NCBI GenBank assembly: GCA_030390025.1
Contig: CM059433.1
Location: forward strand, 2,046,001 to 2,110,000
Direction of reading: 5' to 3'
Origin: Squalus acanthias
Lineage: Eukaryota
Length of the DNA: 64,000 nucleotides
The notes beneath the pieces were generated by a model. It saw only the letters and a list, made by a program, of their open reading frames with translations, was not told the origin of the DNA and ran no database searches. Below are positions 50,520 to 63,940 of this stretch, piece after piece (the first letter of the stretch is position 1; the number at the start of each line of letters is the position of its first letter). Position numbers and translations under genes: made by a program.

Positions 50520-51790
50520 TACCTGTAGCAGAACCAAATGTGCTTTTAACTTTATCTACATTAATTTCAGACTCGTGCTTGCATCTGTTGAAGAAGCTAT
50601 CAGTCTTCTTAACGATGTTTGAGCTAGCAAAATCCACTATGCTATGCAGGTTGTCACCAAAGTGATTCATGGCACAGAAACTTACTTCAGCAGCTACACC
50701 CTCTGTCTCAAAGACCTCATTGTGCTGCTGATGAAGGTCTGTTTGCTTATTTCATGACTGAACTGATGCAACCATTTCTCATTGCCAATTGTCATTAGCG
50801 TTATGAATAAAAACAGCCATGTTTCTTTTCCCATTCTTCAGCAGTTTCCTCTGAATTCTCTCTAATGATCCAATTATGGAACCTACTCTCCCCGACGATC
50901 AGTAATGCTTGGTAAATTATTCATGTTCAAGACGAGCAATAACCTCATTGAAGAAGTTTCTCATTTTTTCCTTGTTGTGGGCAACAAGACTAAACTGAAG
51001 GTTAGCAGCAGTGCCCAGTTTACAAAGATTTGGATTTACAAAAATAGTATTTCATTCTCATAATTTTTTGAGATTTGCCAAATAATAACAGATTGCTGCT
51101 AAGGCTTTGGTCTATTGATTCATGGTCACAAACTTCAGTAAGAGTGGCCAGAGAATATCCTTCATCTTCACTATAGCTGTGATATCAGGCATTTCTTTAC
51201 ATATTGTATTTAAATCTTCATGAATAACATTTAAATCATGACTGTGTGGTCCTTGAATCAGTGAGGAAAGTACATGGTTGGATGATGAATTCCACTGTTC
51301 CCTTTCCTTCCTCTAGATCAAGGTAATGCATTGGCTGGGTAGTATCATCTTCACAATATTGATGTCCACAAGCAGCAGTTTTATGGCGGCCACTATCTGA
51401 GCCTCCTTTGTACATGTGAAGAAGTAGAGTTGATGAGATGCTTCAGCGCAGTTCGAGTTCTTGTTTTGATTCGTTGATTCTTGTTCTCCAACTTGTGTAG
51501 AAGGAATTTGATCAATGAGTCTGCATAAGCTCAATTCAGGACTCTGAAGCAGCAGAGTGTTTCATTGTGGTTCTTTGCAGCAAGCTTGTTATTAAAATCC
51601 ACTGCAGCTCAATCTGTCAGTGTAGGTTGTTAGCAGAGTATTAATTTGTCTTTCAGCCATCAACTTCTTATATTCATGGACCCTTCCAATGCAACGCACA
51701 TACCATGCATGATGTATAGAAACAGAATTGTTGAATTAACTTGAGCAGCTCCTCCTAGTTTCTCTAGGCACCAGAGGAAAACACATATTT
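50520..51790 (-). pseudogene. Degraded intronless MROH1-like (maestro HEAT-like repeat) pseudogene
   Basis: Hand translation of the minus strand gives collinear blocks: KNHNETLCCFRVLN*AYADSLIKFLLHKLENKNQRI..ALKHLINS, HYLDLEEGKGTVEFIIQPC, MKDILWPLLLKFVT..TKALAAICYYL, ENSEETAEEWEKK, TLMTIGNEKWLHQFSHEISKQ, EGVAAEVSFCAMNHFGDNL..NVDKVKST. These match MROH1 as recalled, with stops and frameshifts. Confidence 0.8.
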
Positions 51791-51915
51791 TACAGGAGTA
51801 GTTAAGCTTTTGTTAGCTCATCACATAGAGGAAAATAAATATTTTTCCAAACTGCTATAATTAATTTTCTTGCATTGTGATCTTTCCCATTGTTTCATCA
51901 ACTATTGGAGTTACC

Positions 51916-53200
51916 TACATAGAATATACAGCACAGAAACAGGCCATTCAGCCCAACCAGCGTTTATGCTGTACTCAAACCTCCTCCCATCCTTCCTCAT
52001 CTAACTCTATCATCATAACCCTCTATTCCCTTCTCCCTCATGTTGGTCTAGCTTCCTCTTAAATGCATCTATACTATTTGCCTCAACCACTCCCTGTGGT
52101 AGTGAGTTCCACATTCTCACCACTCTCTGGGTAAAGAAGTTTCTTTTGAATTCCCTATTGGATTTCTTGGTGACTATCTTATATTGATGGCCTCTAGTTA
52201 TGCTCTTCCCCACAAGTGGAAACATTCTCTCTGTATCCACTGTATCCAAACCTTGCATAATTTTAAAGACCTCTTAGGTCACCCCTCAGCCGTTTTTTCA
52301 AGAGAAAAGAGACCCAGCCTGTTCATCCTTTCCTGATATGTATACCCTCGCATTTTTGATATCATCCTTGTAAATCGTTTTTGCACCCTATCCAGTGCCT
52401 CTGTATCCTTTTTATAATATGGCGACCAAAACTGTACACAGTACTCCAAGTGTGGTCTAACCAAGGTTCGATACGTTCAGCATAACTTCTCTACTTTTCA
52501 ATTCTATCCCTCTAGAAATAAACCCTAGTGCTCGGTTTGCCTTTTTTATGGCCTTATTGACCTGCGTCGCAACTTTTAGTGATTTGTGTATTTGTACTCC
52601 TAGATCCCTTTGCTCTTCTAACCCATTTAGATTCTTATTTTCCAAGTAATATGTGACCTCCTTATTTTTCTTAACAAAATGTGATACCTCAAAATTATCT
52701 GTTAAGATTCATTTGCCAGTTAAATGCCCATTCTGCAAGTTTATTAATGTTGTCTTGTAATTTGTTGCAGTCCTCCTCAGTGTTGACTATCCTTCCCAAT
52801 TTGGTGTCGTCCGCAAATTTAAAAATTGTGTTTTTGATTCCAAAGTCTAAACAGTTAAACTAAATTGTGAACAACGGTGGTCCCAGCACTGATCCTTGTG
52901 GGACCCACTTCCTACATTCTGCTGCTCTGAATAGCTACCCTTTAACCCTTCTCTCTGCTTTCTGTCTTGCATCCAGCTAGCTATCCATTCTGCTACTTGT
53001 CCTCTGACTCCACATGTTCTGACCTTATTCGTTAGTCTATTATGTGGTACCTTATCGAAGGCCTTTTGGAAGTCTCAATATATTACATCTACTGCATTAG
53101 CCTTGTCTACTCTCTCTGTTACCTCTGCAAAGAATTCATTGAGGTTGGTCAAGCAAGATGTACCCTTTTGAAATCCATGTTGACTATTTGTTATATTTCT
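51916..53200 (-). mobile_element. CR1 RT plus 3' UTR
   Basis: VRPHLEYCVQFWSP, FFTQRVVRMWNSLP. Confidence 0.92.
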
Positions 53201-53584
53201 TCTACTAACCTTCTTCAGAAGTTTCAAGCAGACTATCTTCTCTTCTATAATCCAGATCAAACTCACTAATTTGAAAAGGAACCAGTTAATATATACCTAT
53301 GAAACAGTTATTGAAACTATTTGAATTTCAATAACTTAAGTTTAAAAAAAGCTGCCAACCAATTGCACAAATAACACAGCATGTTTGTATTTGAATTGAG
53401 TGATTTAGCTCTTCACTCAAGAAAAATGCCCATTGACCAACAGAGTAATCGTCATATAATGTAGAGTTAAAATAAACCATGGTTTTTGTGAGTGAAGCTC
53501 GTCTTCAACCCTTTATCTACTGTAACAGAATTAGAAAAGCCAACACCAACCTAAATATTAGATAGAAATGCTTAATTTTTGTCA

Positions 53585-55000
53585 CAAACACTTTCTCCAA
53601 TGCTTTAACATCCTTTTGTAGTATGGAGATCAGAACTGCACACAGCACTCGAAGTGTCTTCTCAACAAAGTTTCTGTATAAATTTAACATTGCTTCTTGC
53701 TTTTACATTCTATTCCGCTAGAAATGAATTTGTATTTTGTTTGCACTCCTTATGACCTTATCAACTTGTGTTACTACTTTTAGTGATTTATGTGTCTGTG
53801 TTTACAGATCTTTTTGATCCTCTACCTCATTTATTTCTTGCCTTCCAAAGAATAGGGGGCCTCCTTATTTCTCTTACCAAAATGAACTACCTCATAGTTC
53901 GCTATATTATATTTAATTTGCCATTTACCTGCCCACGCCGCAAGCCTGTTTATGTCTTCCTGTATTTTGGTGCAGTCCCCCACATTATTAGCTATACCCC
54001 ACAATTTGGTATCATCTGTGAATTTTAACACTGTACCTCCAATTTCTGAGTCTTATTAATTATTCACAAGGATATTATCAGCTGATTATTAAGATGTTGC
54101 AACTATCTGGAATAGAAAAGACTAAGAGGAGATCTGCTAAAGGTCTTTAAAGTTATGAAGGGGTACATTAAGATGGATGTCGAGAAACTGTTTTCACTTG
54201 TTGATGAGTCCAGAACAAGGATATAAATGTAAGATAGCCACTAACCGGTCAAATAAAGAATTTAGGAGGAATTTCTCTGCACAGAGTGATGAAAATGTGG
54301 AACTCACTGTCACATGGAGTGGTTGAAGCATAGTATTGATACATTTAAGGGGAGGCTTGATGCATACATGAGGGAGAAGGGGATAGAGGGATATGGGGGC
54401 AGAATGGGAAGAGGTAATTTGAGTGGGAGAGGCTTGTGCGGAGTATAAATACCGCCTTACCAGTTGGGCTGAATGGCCTGTTTCTTTGCTGTAGATTATA
54501 GAATCATAGGATAGTACAGCACAGGAGGAGGTCATTCGGCCCATCGAGTCTGCGCCGGCTCTTTTGAAGAACAATCCAGTTAGTCCCACTCCCCCGCTCT
54601 CTCCCCATATACCTACAATTTTTTCTCCTTCAAATATTTATCCAATTCTCTTTTGAAGGCTACTATTGAATCTGTATCCACCACCCTATCAGGCAGTGCA
54701 TTCCAAATCCTACTCACTCGTTGCGTAAAAAGTTTTTCCTCATGTCGCCTCTGGTTCTTTTGCCAGTCACCTTAAATCTGTGCCCTCTCGTTAGCAACCC
54801 TTCAGCCGTTGGGGAAACAGTTTCTCTTTATTTAATCTATCTAAATTCTTCATGATTTTAAACACCTTTATCAAGTCTCCTCTTAGCCGCCTTTGCTCTA
54901 AGCCATTCCAGTACCTTCTCTTTATCTATTTTTATCTCATCCAGTACCCCAGCAACCTCCTCGTTTACCATAGCTTTGGCAAAGTCCTCTTCCTTGGTAG
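53585..55000. mobile_element. CR1 cluster: - 53585-54050, + 54100-54497, - 54498-55000
   Basis: FTDDTKL on the minus strand; two 3' UTRs tail to tail. Confidence 0.82.
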
Positions 55001-56518
55001 ACACCGATGCAATGTACAAACCTTTGGCAAGCACCAGCACCGAACCTGTGCTGTGGCAAAGCACCAAAGTGATTGCCCTTCCCTCCACATGTGGTGGATG
55101 CTCCAGTAGTGCAATTTTATGAGTATCGCTAAATTTCTTTTGTTGAAGACCCAACTAATGTCTTCTTCATGGATGGGATTGATTGTGAGTAGCCTGGGGT
55201 CTGGAGTATTTTCGTGCTGTTTACCTGTTAATGTGGCCAATCCCTCTTGCACAACTGTTCTAATTAGGCCAACCAGTTGGTTGTAAAGTGCTGAGATCAT
55301 ACACATTGCAATTTTAACCACTACATTTGACTACAAGTCAACTACTGGCTTTAAAAAAATTTTTTTTAAATGTGTGTGGTGCCTAGTATCTGACATACTA
55401 GATGCAAGACCTTGTTATATGCTGTTTCAAGGTGGGGGAGGGGTGCACATCTGCACTGAAAAATTTGGAAGTCTTCCCCAGAGATCGTGTAGTGTTCAAC
55501 TGCTTCCTAAAAAGTAATTTTCTTAATCAACTGGAGGTAAATAAATTTGTTCACTCATGTTCCGTTTTTATGCAATGCTCTGCATAAATAAATTTCATTG
55601 CCCAGCTGTTTAGACTGTGTCTTTTTTTTATCACAAAGTGCCGAGAAATATATAAAACTTTAATCTTATTTGCATTTTTCCATCATTACTCAATATCCCT
55701 GCAACAGTACCCAGCAACCCCCTCCCTTGCACCAGTGTAAACTCTGACTCACTGTCACGGAAGCGAAACTGATAAGTAATGCAGAGTGAAAAATAGTTGT
55801 TTTAAACAATAAATAAACTTTCCCATTCACAAAATTCATCTAATTTTCTATCTGGACAGCTCTTAATTCTATTCAAGTTTTCATTTTTCAAGCTCAAGAA
55901 GAAAGGTGAGCCGACAATTTAGATTTAACTGCTTTGCAAAGAGGGTGGTGACGATGTGGATCAGACTGGCTAAGGTGAACAGTGGAGGGGGCTATTGTCG
56001 CCAAATTCGAGAGGGAGCTGGATACTTTTCGGTGAAGTCAGTGAATGAGAGATGTAAGAAGTGCAGCTAAATAGCCTTTCCCAGTCCTGCACACTGCTCT
56101 GTTTCATTGATGGATATTCATTTGATGAACTTTGCATATGGCATATAATCTCACATCTCCACAGCACCTATTGCTGGAATATATGATCTTTAATATTCTG
56201 TACAACCTTGTGTAAATCTCCCACCTCCAATCTTTTCCTGATCTGAACCTAGGATATTATGTGATTCAAAAAGGGTGCCAAATTTTAAATAATCAAATGT
56301 AAACATGCACAGTATCAACAAATTCAGTACTTTTCAGTGGAACTATTCCAGCAAGTCGGTTTGTTCAGGAGAGGAAAGAAGAGGTGGGGTGGAGGAAAAG
56401 AAAATCGACTAAAAAGAAATTCTAAAATATGCTTTGGGGCCAACATATGACATTAGTGATTAATTTAGTATTTGTACTAAGGGCCAACTCTTTTGATTCT
56501 ATTCCCACCCCCATACCT

Positions 56519-56962
56519 GTGTCTGCTGTGGCTCAGTGGGTAGCACCGTCGCCTCTGAGTCAGGTTGTGTGTTCAAGTCCCACTCCAGGAACTCGAGCAC
56601 AAAATTCTAGGCTGATACTCCAGTGCAGTGCTGAGCGAGTGCTGCACTGTCGGAGATGCCTTCTTTCAGATGAGACGTTAAACCGAGGCCCCATCTGCTC
56701 TCAGGTGAAAGATCCCATGGCACTAGTTCTCCCCGGTGCCCTGGCCAATATTTATCCCTCAATCAACATTATAAAAACAGATTATCTGGTGATTATCACG
56801 TTGCTGTTTGTGGGAGCTTGCTTTATGCAAATAGGCTGCCGCGTTTCCTACATTACAACAGTGACTACACTCCAAAAATACTTCATTGGCTGTAAAGCGC
56901 TTTGAGACGTCCGGTGGTTGCGAAAGACGCTATAGAAATGCAAGTCTTTATTTTCTTTTTTT
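56519..56962 (+). mobile_element. SacSINE1/DeuSINE-like SINE
   Basis: Homologous to the 37595 copy. Confidence 0.88.
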
Positions 56963-56964
56963 AA

Positions 56965-57420
56965 TGAACATAATAGGAGCAGGGGTCGGCCATTTGGCCC
57001 TTCGAGCCTGCTCCGCCATTAAATAAGATCATGGCTGATCTTCTACCTCATCTCCACTTTCCTGCACTATCCCCATATCCTTTGATTCCCTTAATATTTA
57101 AAAATCTATCTATCTCTATCTTGAATATACTCAACGACTGAGCCTCCACAGCCCTCTGGGGTAGAGAATTCCAAAGATTCACCACCCTCTGAGTGAAGAA
57201 ATTCCTCCTCATCTCAGTCCTAAATGGCTGACCCCTTATTCTGAGACTGTGACCCCTGGTTCTAGACTCCCCAGCCAGGGGAAACATCCTCCCTGCACCT
57301 ACCCTGTCAAGCCCTGTAAGAATTTTGTATGTTTCAATGAGATCACCTCTCATTTTTCTAAACTCTGGCGAATATAGGCCGAGTCTACTCAATCTCTCCT
57401 CCTAGGACAATCTCCCCCCC
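56965..57420 (-). mobile_element. CR1 3' end
   Basis: MRGDLIETYKIL..RTRGHSLRI..WNSLP. Confidence 0.92.
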
Positions 57421-58154
57421 CATGTAAATTCCTTGAAATACATGCATTGCTGTCTCCAGTAACCTTAAATTATTTAACATTCACAGTACATTGAAACATT
57501 ACTGACTTTACAGTACATACTATTCTTGTCTCATAAAGAAGTTAAGGATTGTTTTCTGCCTCTCCTGTGTCTGCATCTTGGCAACATTTCTGCTGCAGGT
57601 TTTCTTGTTTCCTCCAGTGTGGAACTATTTCCAAAATTTTAACTGCAAAATGTTGCCATTTTCTATATTTTTTCACCATTAGGAAAATGTAGGTTCTGCT
57701 ATATGGATATTAGAGCATTATTTAGGTGTCACTAAATAAATCAGAAATGACATAGAATTACATGCTGTTCCTGCTACAGGAAAGACGGTTAGCAAAAGCA
57801 AAATTAGTTTACTGATTCACTGACAAGTTGAGTATTATTGGTATGTGGAGGATAACTAATGAAATAGATGGTTATGGCAGTCTGTCTTGATTTTTACTGT
57901 CCTTCACCTACCAGATTCTGTCTTACCATTCTTGCTTATACCCTTTAATGGGAATGTGTGCTTCAATTCTCATGAATCCTTTATGCTAGTAGATCTTATA
58001 GCCTCACTATAGTTGCACGAATGAAGTTAGTTACTTTGATGATAAACTAATGGAATTACCCAAAACTAATACTCCTTTTCTGCCAATTCGGCCATTTTGC
58101 CAATTTCTATTTACACCCAAATTTCCTGCCAATCCCATTAACATACGCTGGAAC

Positions 58155-58322
58155 CCATGTTCCCTGTAAGCTGTGCTTTGTTCTGTGTGGCCTGTTTATT
58201 TTAGTGCGTGGTCCCTTTTAAGTTTTCGCTCATGTGCCCTATTTACAATAGTGAAGCCGGTGAGCGGCCTGTGCGGGTCTTTTCCCGTTGCTGCGTGACC
58301 GCGCAGCTTAGAGGGAACATTG
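58155..58322. mobile_element. Short hAT MITE (168 bp)
   Basis: TIR CCATGTTCCCTGTAAGCTG / CAGCTTAGAGGGAACATTG; perfect 8-bp TSD GCTGGAAC. Confidence 0.9.
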
Positions 58323-59424
58323 GCTGGAACATAAAATGGGTACAAACCAGCGGAGATCCGCATAAACAATTGGTTCAGGGGAAAGCAGTAAACTCGGCAT
58401 GTATACTTTTTAAGTATGAAAATTAAAGTTTCAAGCCATTTGACTATCATTCATGCACATTAGAGACAGTATGTTTAAGAACATGCAATCATAGAAGCTT
58501 TTGAATTTTTAATGTGACTTATAGTGATGCCATAAAAATGCTTTCAAAGAAACAGAAATTACAGTGAGGATAAATTAAAAAAAATGTAAATAAAACACCA
58601 GAAAAATTACATTGTTTCCTGCTGCACCTAAAATTCTCGACTTAATTTTACACCCGTTTTGAACCAACATAATTGCAGGAACTTTGCATGTACAGCTCCT
58701 GAGCCTGGGGGTGGAGCCATAATAATAAGCCGAGGTATGTTCGAGCGCATGGATCGTTAGATGAGAGTAAAAGAGCGAGGGAATTCATGCGGAGCATAAT
58801 TACAGACATAACACTCTTGGCGCCCGAGTTTCCTCGATCTTTTACGCCAGGTATTTGCTTTACACCCAGATTACACCTGTATTTGGCTGCAAATTTACAG
58901 GAAATTCAGAAATTCCACCCCTTGATAGTTAAAATGAAGCCAAAATTGCACCACATTGTTCCTGTTATCTATATGACTACTTATACAAACTTGCATGATT
59001 TATGGCAGTATTGGTACTTTGCAATGTTTGAGATCGTGCTACCAAGGGTGAAAGTACCAGCTTTGATCGAAATTTGTATTTATCTACATCTTAGCAAGTA
59101 CACATGAATGGGTTGGAAGTCTGGGTAAAATGGTCCAAACCACAGGGGCAGTTTTGATATGAAAGTTAATTAGAAATATTTCTGTTTTTAATACTTATTT
59201 AGAATCCATTGCAGTAATAATTAGGAGCAAGAAAATCACACTTGTAGCTGGTTCTGCACTGAACGGCTTTACACAACTAAAGCTTTAGTTCACTGTATAC
59301 TCTTGGAGAAGTCATAATTAAATTGTGCCATTAAAGTGATTGATAGTAAAGGAAATTGAGTGTGTCGCCTTGTCTGCATGGTTGTGATTCACCTACCATC
59401 TGGCATTCCTTATTGTCTTATTAG

Positions 59425-59537
59425 GTGCTGCTTACAGCTCATCACAGACTGCTCCCCTGTCATTCAAGAAGAGCTGGACCTCATCAGTGCTCTCAGTCTG
59501 TTAGAGGACTTCAACATGAGGATCTTGCCTATGCAAG
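59425..59537 (+). CDS. NBAS: NBAS exon (113 nt): CCLQLITDCSPVIQEELDLISALSLLEDFNMRILPMQ
   Basis: cttattag acceptor, G|gtacaa donor; CCLQLITD..IQEELDLI..ILP.Q motif. Confidence 0.95.
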
Positions 59538-61433
59538 GTACAAGAGCTTGTTTCTGCGTAATTGGTGCTATGCCTAAGACACAGCAGGTAAAAGAAAACA
59601 AATGTAGCACAGAAGAAAGTGAGGGGAAATGATAGAGGCCAAGTGGAAGTGGTGGGGGAAGAGTGCTGGGCAGTGGTAGTGCTAGTAGGAGGTAAGAGGG
59701 AATGGGGAGGGGTAAGCACGGACACATCGGGTGAGTGGGAGTGAGTAGACAGAGCGGAGTAAAAGAGAATGTACTTCTTCCTTAATTTCCCTCCCCAGAA
59801 AATTTACAAAAAGGTTTCTTCAGCACTAAACTATGAAAGCCTCTGTTATTTAAAGCTCAAACAGCGCTGACACTGTAATAGTGATATAGATAACAGAGGC
59901 TTCCATAGTCCAGTCATGAGGTAATCTTTTAGGGTATCACATCCCACACTTCTCCACTAGCAACACGTTTTAAACTGTTTAAGCAATTTTTGCGCTTTAA
60001 CTGTGATAAATTTAGGCCTGTGAAGTGTAGGAGCCAAAGTTCAGGATAGGAGGAAGGGACTGGGGGGAGGATGGCACAGCAGGAAGGAGAATAGGCCACC
60101 TCGGGGATCGCAGGCCCTAATTCAGGTTGTTGGTGCTATGAAGCGCAGAGCCAGCTGCTTTGGTGGTGGCGTTTGGAAGACTCTGGGAGGTAAGTATAAT
60201 ACATAGGTAAGTTTTTGTGCATTACGAGCAGACATGGTGGCAAAGTGTTACAGGAAATAAGTATGACACTTACAGGAAGTGTGCACTATGTGCAAGACTT
60301 TTGATATATTATAGATATATAATTTATAGTATATTTAAAAAAAATCGGTGGCCTTTCAGTCTACAAAACATTACTTCCTGGTGTTATGTTTTGTCAACTT
60401 TTTCCCATATAAATTTCGATGTCCACATATATAATGGTAACTGCCTATGCAAACTTGTCACACCACAATTACATCCTCTTGCTAAGTGGTGGCACTGTAG
60501 TGCCTCCTTTTTGCATCTCCTAGCTCTGCTCAAATTGCTGTAAGTTTTGCTATTTAACGGCAAACAATATAAAATCAAAGTATTATATTAAAAATAAGGA
60601 CAGAATGAATGACTGTAAAATAAATGCTGAATTATGTCTGCGTGTCCTGGTCCAATTATCCCCCAACCTCAACCCCACTTCACCTGAAGACTACATTTAG
60701 CCTTGTTTTCAATGCCATGGAACATTGACTAGTATGTTAAAATACAACAAATATTGTGCTTATCTGCTTTATTTTATTTGTGTTCAAATTTACCATAGTT
60801 AATAAATAATGCACGACAAATGCTTTTTACACTTTAAACATGGAACCCAGTTTGGCCTATTATGTGCTCATTTCTATTCGATGAGTTCCTTTAGGAACCA
60901 AAAATGCAATTTAAACTTGGATTAAATTTTCTAAGGAGAAGCTGTGCTCAACAAACATATACCCGATGAATGCCAATACAGTAATTGTGTTGATTTATGC
61001 GATTTGTATCCAAGTATGGACGCAAAGTGTTGAATAAACTTTTTCTTCCTTCTCTTTGCTATAACTGATTCATAATATAATAAAGTAACAGTTGGGACTA
61101 CCTTCAGCAGCATTGCCTTTTAAATCAAATCAGTATGTTGTACTGCATCCCACTAGCAATTCAAATAAAACACAGTAATTCAAACTGCAGACTTTAACAC
61201 GAGGGAAAAGCAAAAGAGTGAAACCTAATTTTGCTTAAAGCATCTGAATAATAGAGAAGTGACGAGCACAGCTCCTCTTTCTTCTTTTAGAATATTGAGT
61301 AGTATCTGAATCTTAAATATTACAACAGCCACTTGAACTGTTTTCAGAAGCAGGAATATCTAAACACAACGCTACAGTAATTCAAAGACAATTCACACAA
61401 TCTAAACCTGCTGATGAGGTTCACCATCAGTAT

Positions 61434-61708
61434 AATAAGACATAATATACTAAGACGTAGGAGCAGGAGTAGGTCATTTGGCCCCTCGAGCCTGCTCCGC
61501 CATTCAATAAGATCATGGCTGATCTGATCTTGGCCTCAACTCCACTTCTCTGCCTGCTCCCCATAACCCTCGACTCCCTTATCGTTCAAAAATCTGTCTA
61601 TCTCCACCTTAAATATATTCAATGACCCAACCTCCACTGCTCTCTGGGGAAGAGAATTCCAAAGATTCACGACCCTCTGAGAGAAGAAATTTCTCCTAAT
61701 TTCCGTCT
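61434..61708 (-). mobile_element. CR1 3' end
   Basis: FFSQRVVNLWNSLPQRAVE; tail. Confidence 0.9.
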
Positions 61709-63065
61709 GTATCTGCCAGTATCCCAATTAGTACAAGGTTTAAAGGGAGGGAAAGGCAAAACTGGTCTGCAACAAATGCTCTGGTATTGACTTTAGTTGA
61801 TGTCTAAATGCAGGGTGAAACCTCAATCGCTTCACAATTGAGACTGTTAGGTAATCACTATGGACAGATGGTACTCCGATTCCAACATGTAGAAATAAAC
61901 CATAATTTGTAACCCGTATTGATATCAAGATTCATCCATAGATCAGTTCTGTTATCAAGAAAGGCATAAAAGCATTTTTGTTGCACGTGGCTTAATTTCA
62001 GCCCTGGTTTGCATGTTAAAAGTATGAAAAGGATTTGTAGTGCATGGTTTAACTTTTGTTTTATTTTTAACTGTTTCTAAGTTTTGATTTTTCACATCAT
62101 ACAGTCTGAGGAATAGAATTATTGGTAACGGGATTTATCCTTCAAAGATGAAATGCTAATACATGCATTTATTTCAATTTCATGAGTTTTATGTTGATAT
62201 ACGTGGAATAATTCCCTTTTATTTTCAATTTTCTCTCCTCTTTGGTTAGGAAAATGTACTTGCTTTAAATCATAAAGCAACAGTTATTCTACCAAAGTTT
62301 TTGATATCACAGTGGTTCATGATGAGAGCTCAATGAATGGTTGACTGTTGATTTTTCTTGCATGAGAAACCATTAGAAATCTTAAGCAAAACCTTCCATG
62401 TACTTTATAAATGCTGCTACATGCCTTTGTCAGCATAATTAACCAGCTGTTACAGAACAGTGCCCAGACCAATTAATGAATGCACAGTGTAATCTTTCAT
62501 ACAGTTTGTGCTAAAAGACATTATGGCAGCCATTGGTGCAAGAGAATTAAAAATAAGGCAACTGGTTTGAATATGGGAACAACTTCAGGGCATGATGATA
62601 AATTGATTCAGAGATTTCCAATTTATCAAAGCTGTTCATGCTTCAAGAGTAGTGTCTTAGGACCGCCTTTATGCTTCTCCTTGTGGATTTATTGCCTGCA
62701 AATTTAAATTTGGAGGGGAAAAAAGACCAAATATGAAACATTAACAGTTTAGGAAATCTGAGTTCAGTAGCAGAATAGTTTCACAACCCCGTGGTCCATG
62801 CAGATGTCTTCCAGATTATTTGATGCTGAACATTGTGATGATTGAACTGAACGATGGTTGTGATCAAGGAAATACCAACTTTGGCGATGGAACATTTTGT
62901 GCTAGTTCTTTCAAGCTAATTTAATTTCTAAAGTATTTGTCTGGAAATGGCCTATCCTTTCATTGTTATGATTAGACATACAAATTTGACTATTGTGTGC
63001 AGCTATGTATTCATACTACTAGTGATATTTCTCATGTCAAGTCTATTTTCTCCCTAAAAGAAATA

Positions 63066-63940
63066 GGGGGAGAAATTCGGTATCGCCCCGTTTGGGGCGC
63101 AATTATCAGCCGGGCGCAAAGTTTAGCGCCTGGCACTAATTATCGCCTCCGACTGCAAGCTTGGCTTCTATCGCCCCTGGAGGTGATTTGAGCACTAAAT
63201 CAGGTGCTACACACCTCTCAAGGCGCTAACGCCAAGGAGTGAGGCGCTACCTCAGAGCGCTGGCGAAGCTCATGTGATGTCAGTTAGCAATGGAACACAG
63301 ACACACTGGCTCCGGCCAGTTCTTAAAGGGGAGGGTCGACCTTGCTTTCCAGCCACACCCTGCTTATTGCAGCCTTGAATCTTGGCCTGGAGAGACCTGT
63401 ACATCAATTCTGCTGGAAAGAACAATGAAGAGGCCCAGGGAAAGAGCTCAGAGTGCAGCCCCCATAGTCTCTTCTAAATTGATGCAAGGAAGGTCAAATC
63501 AAAATGAACCTGCAAAGTGCTGCTCAGTACCCAAAACTCCTTCACACAGCGTTGAATCTCTCCAGAAGTGTCTCTCTCAGAATGCATGGTGCAAAAATGT
63601 CGCCGAAAAAAAGGCAGGAAGCGGTCGCCTTTAAATAGTGCTCTCCCAGTCCCTTCTCGACTGCAAAACATTCCCCTCTACCTGTCGTTGCTAGTGGCAG
63701 GCGGAAAGGCAGGGGGCGCCACTCAATATCCGGTCCGGGGCGTTGCACGCTCGACTGACGTCGCGATCTGCGGGTGCAGGAGATCGTGGCGGTAGTGTTT
63801 AGCGCCGCCGCAAAATGTCTGGTCAGTTTCAAGAGTGGCGCAAACATTGCCACACTCGGGCGCTAGTTGCTTTGCCCCCCCCCCATTAGCGCCCTCTTCG
63901 GGCGCTAACGGGAGGCGCTAATCAACCGAATTTTTCCCCC
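63066..63940 (-). mobile_element. Complete Harbinger-type non-autonomous element (family of 6066)
   Basis: TIR GGGGGAGAAATTCGG / CCGAATTTTTCCCCC; flanks ATA/ATC. Confidence 0.8.

Noticed and set aside
53205..53275. Plus-strand peptide NLLQKFQ..QT..NL faintly like the MROH1 N-terminal region
   Set aside because: Short, on the opposite strand to the pseudogene, and could be chance without a search.
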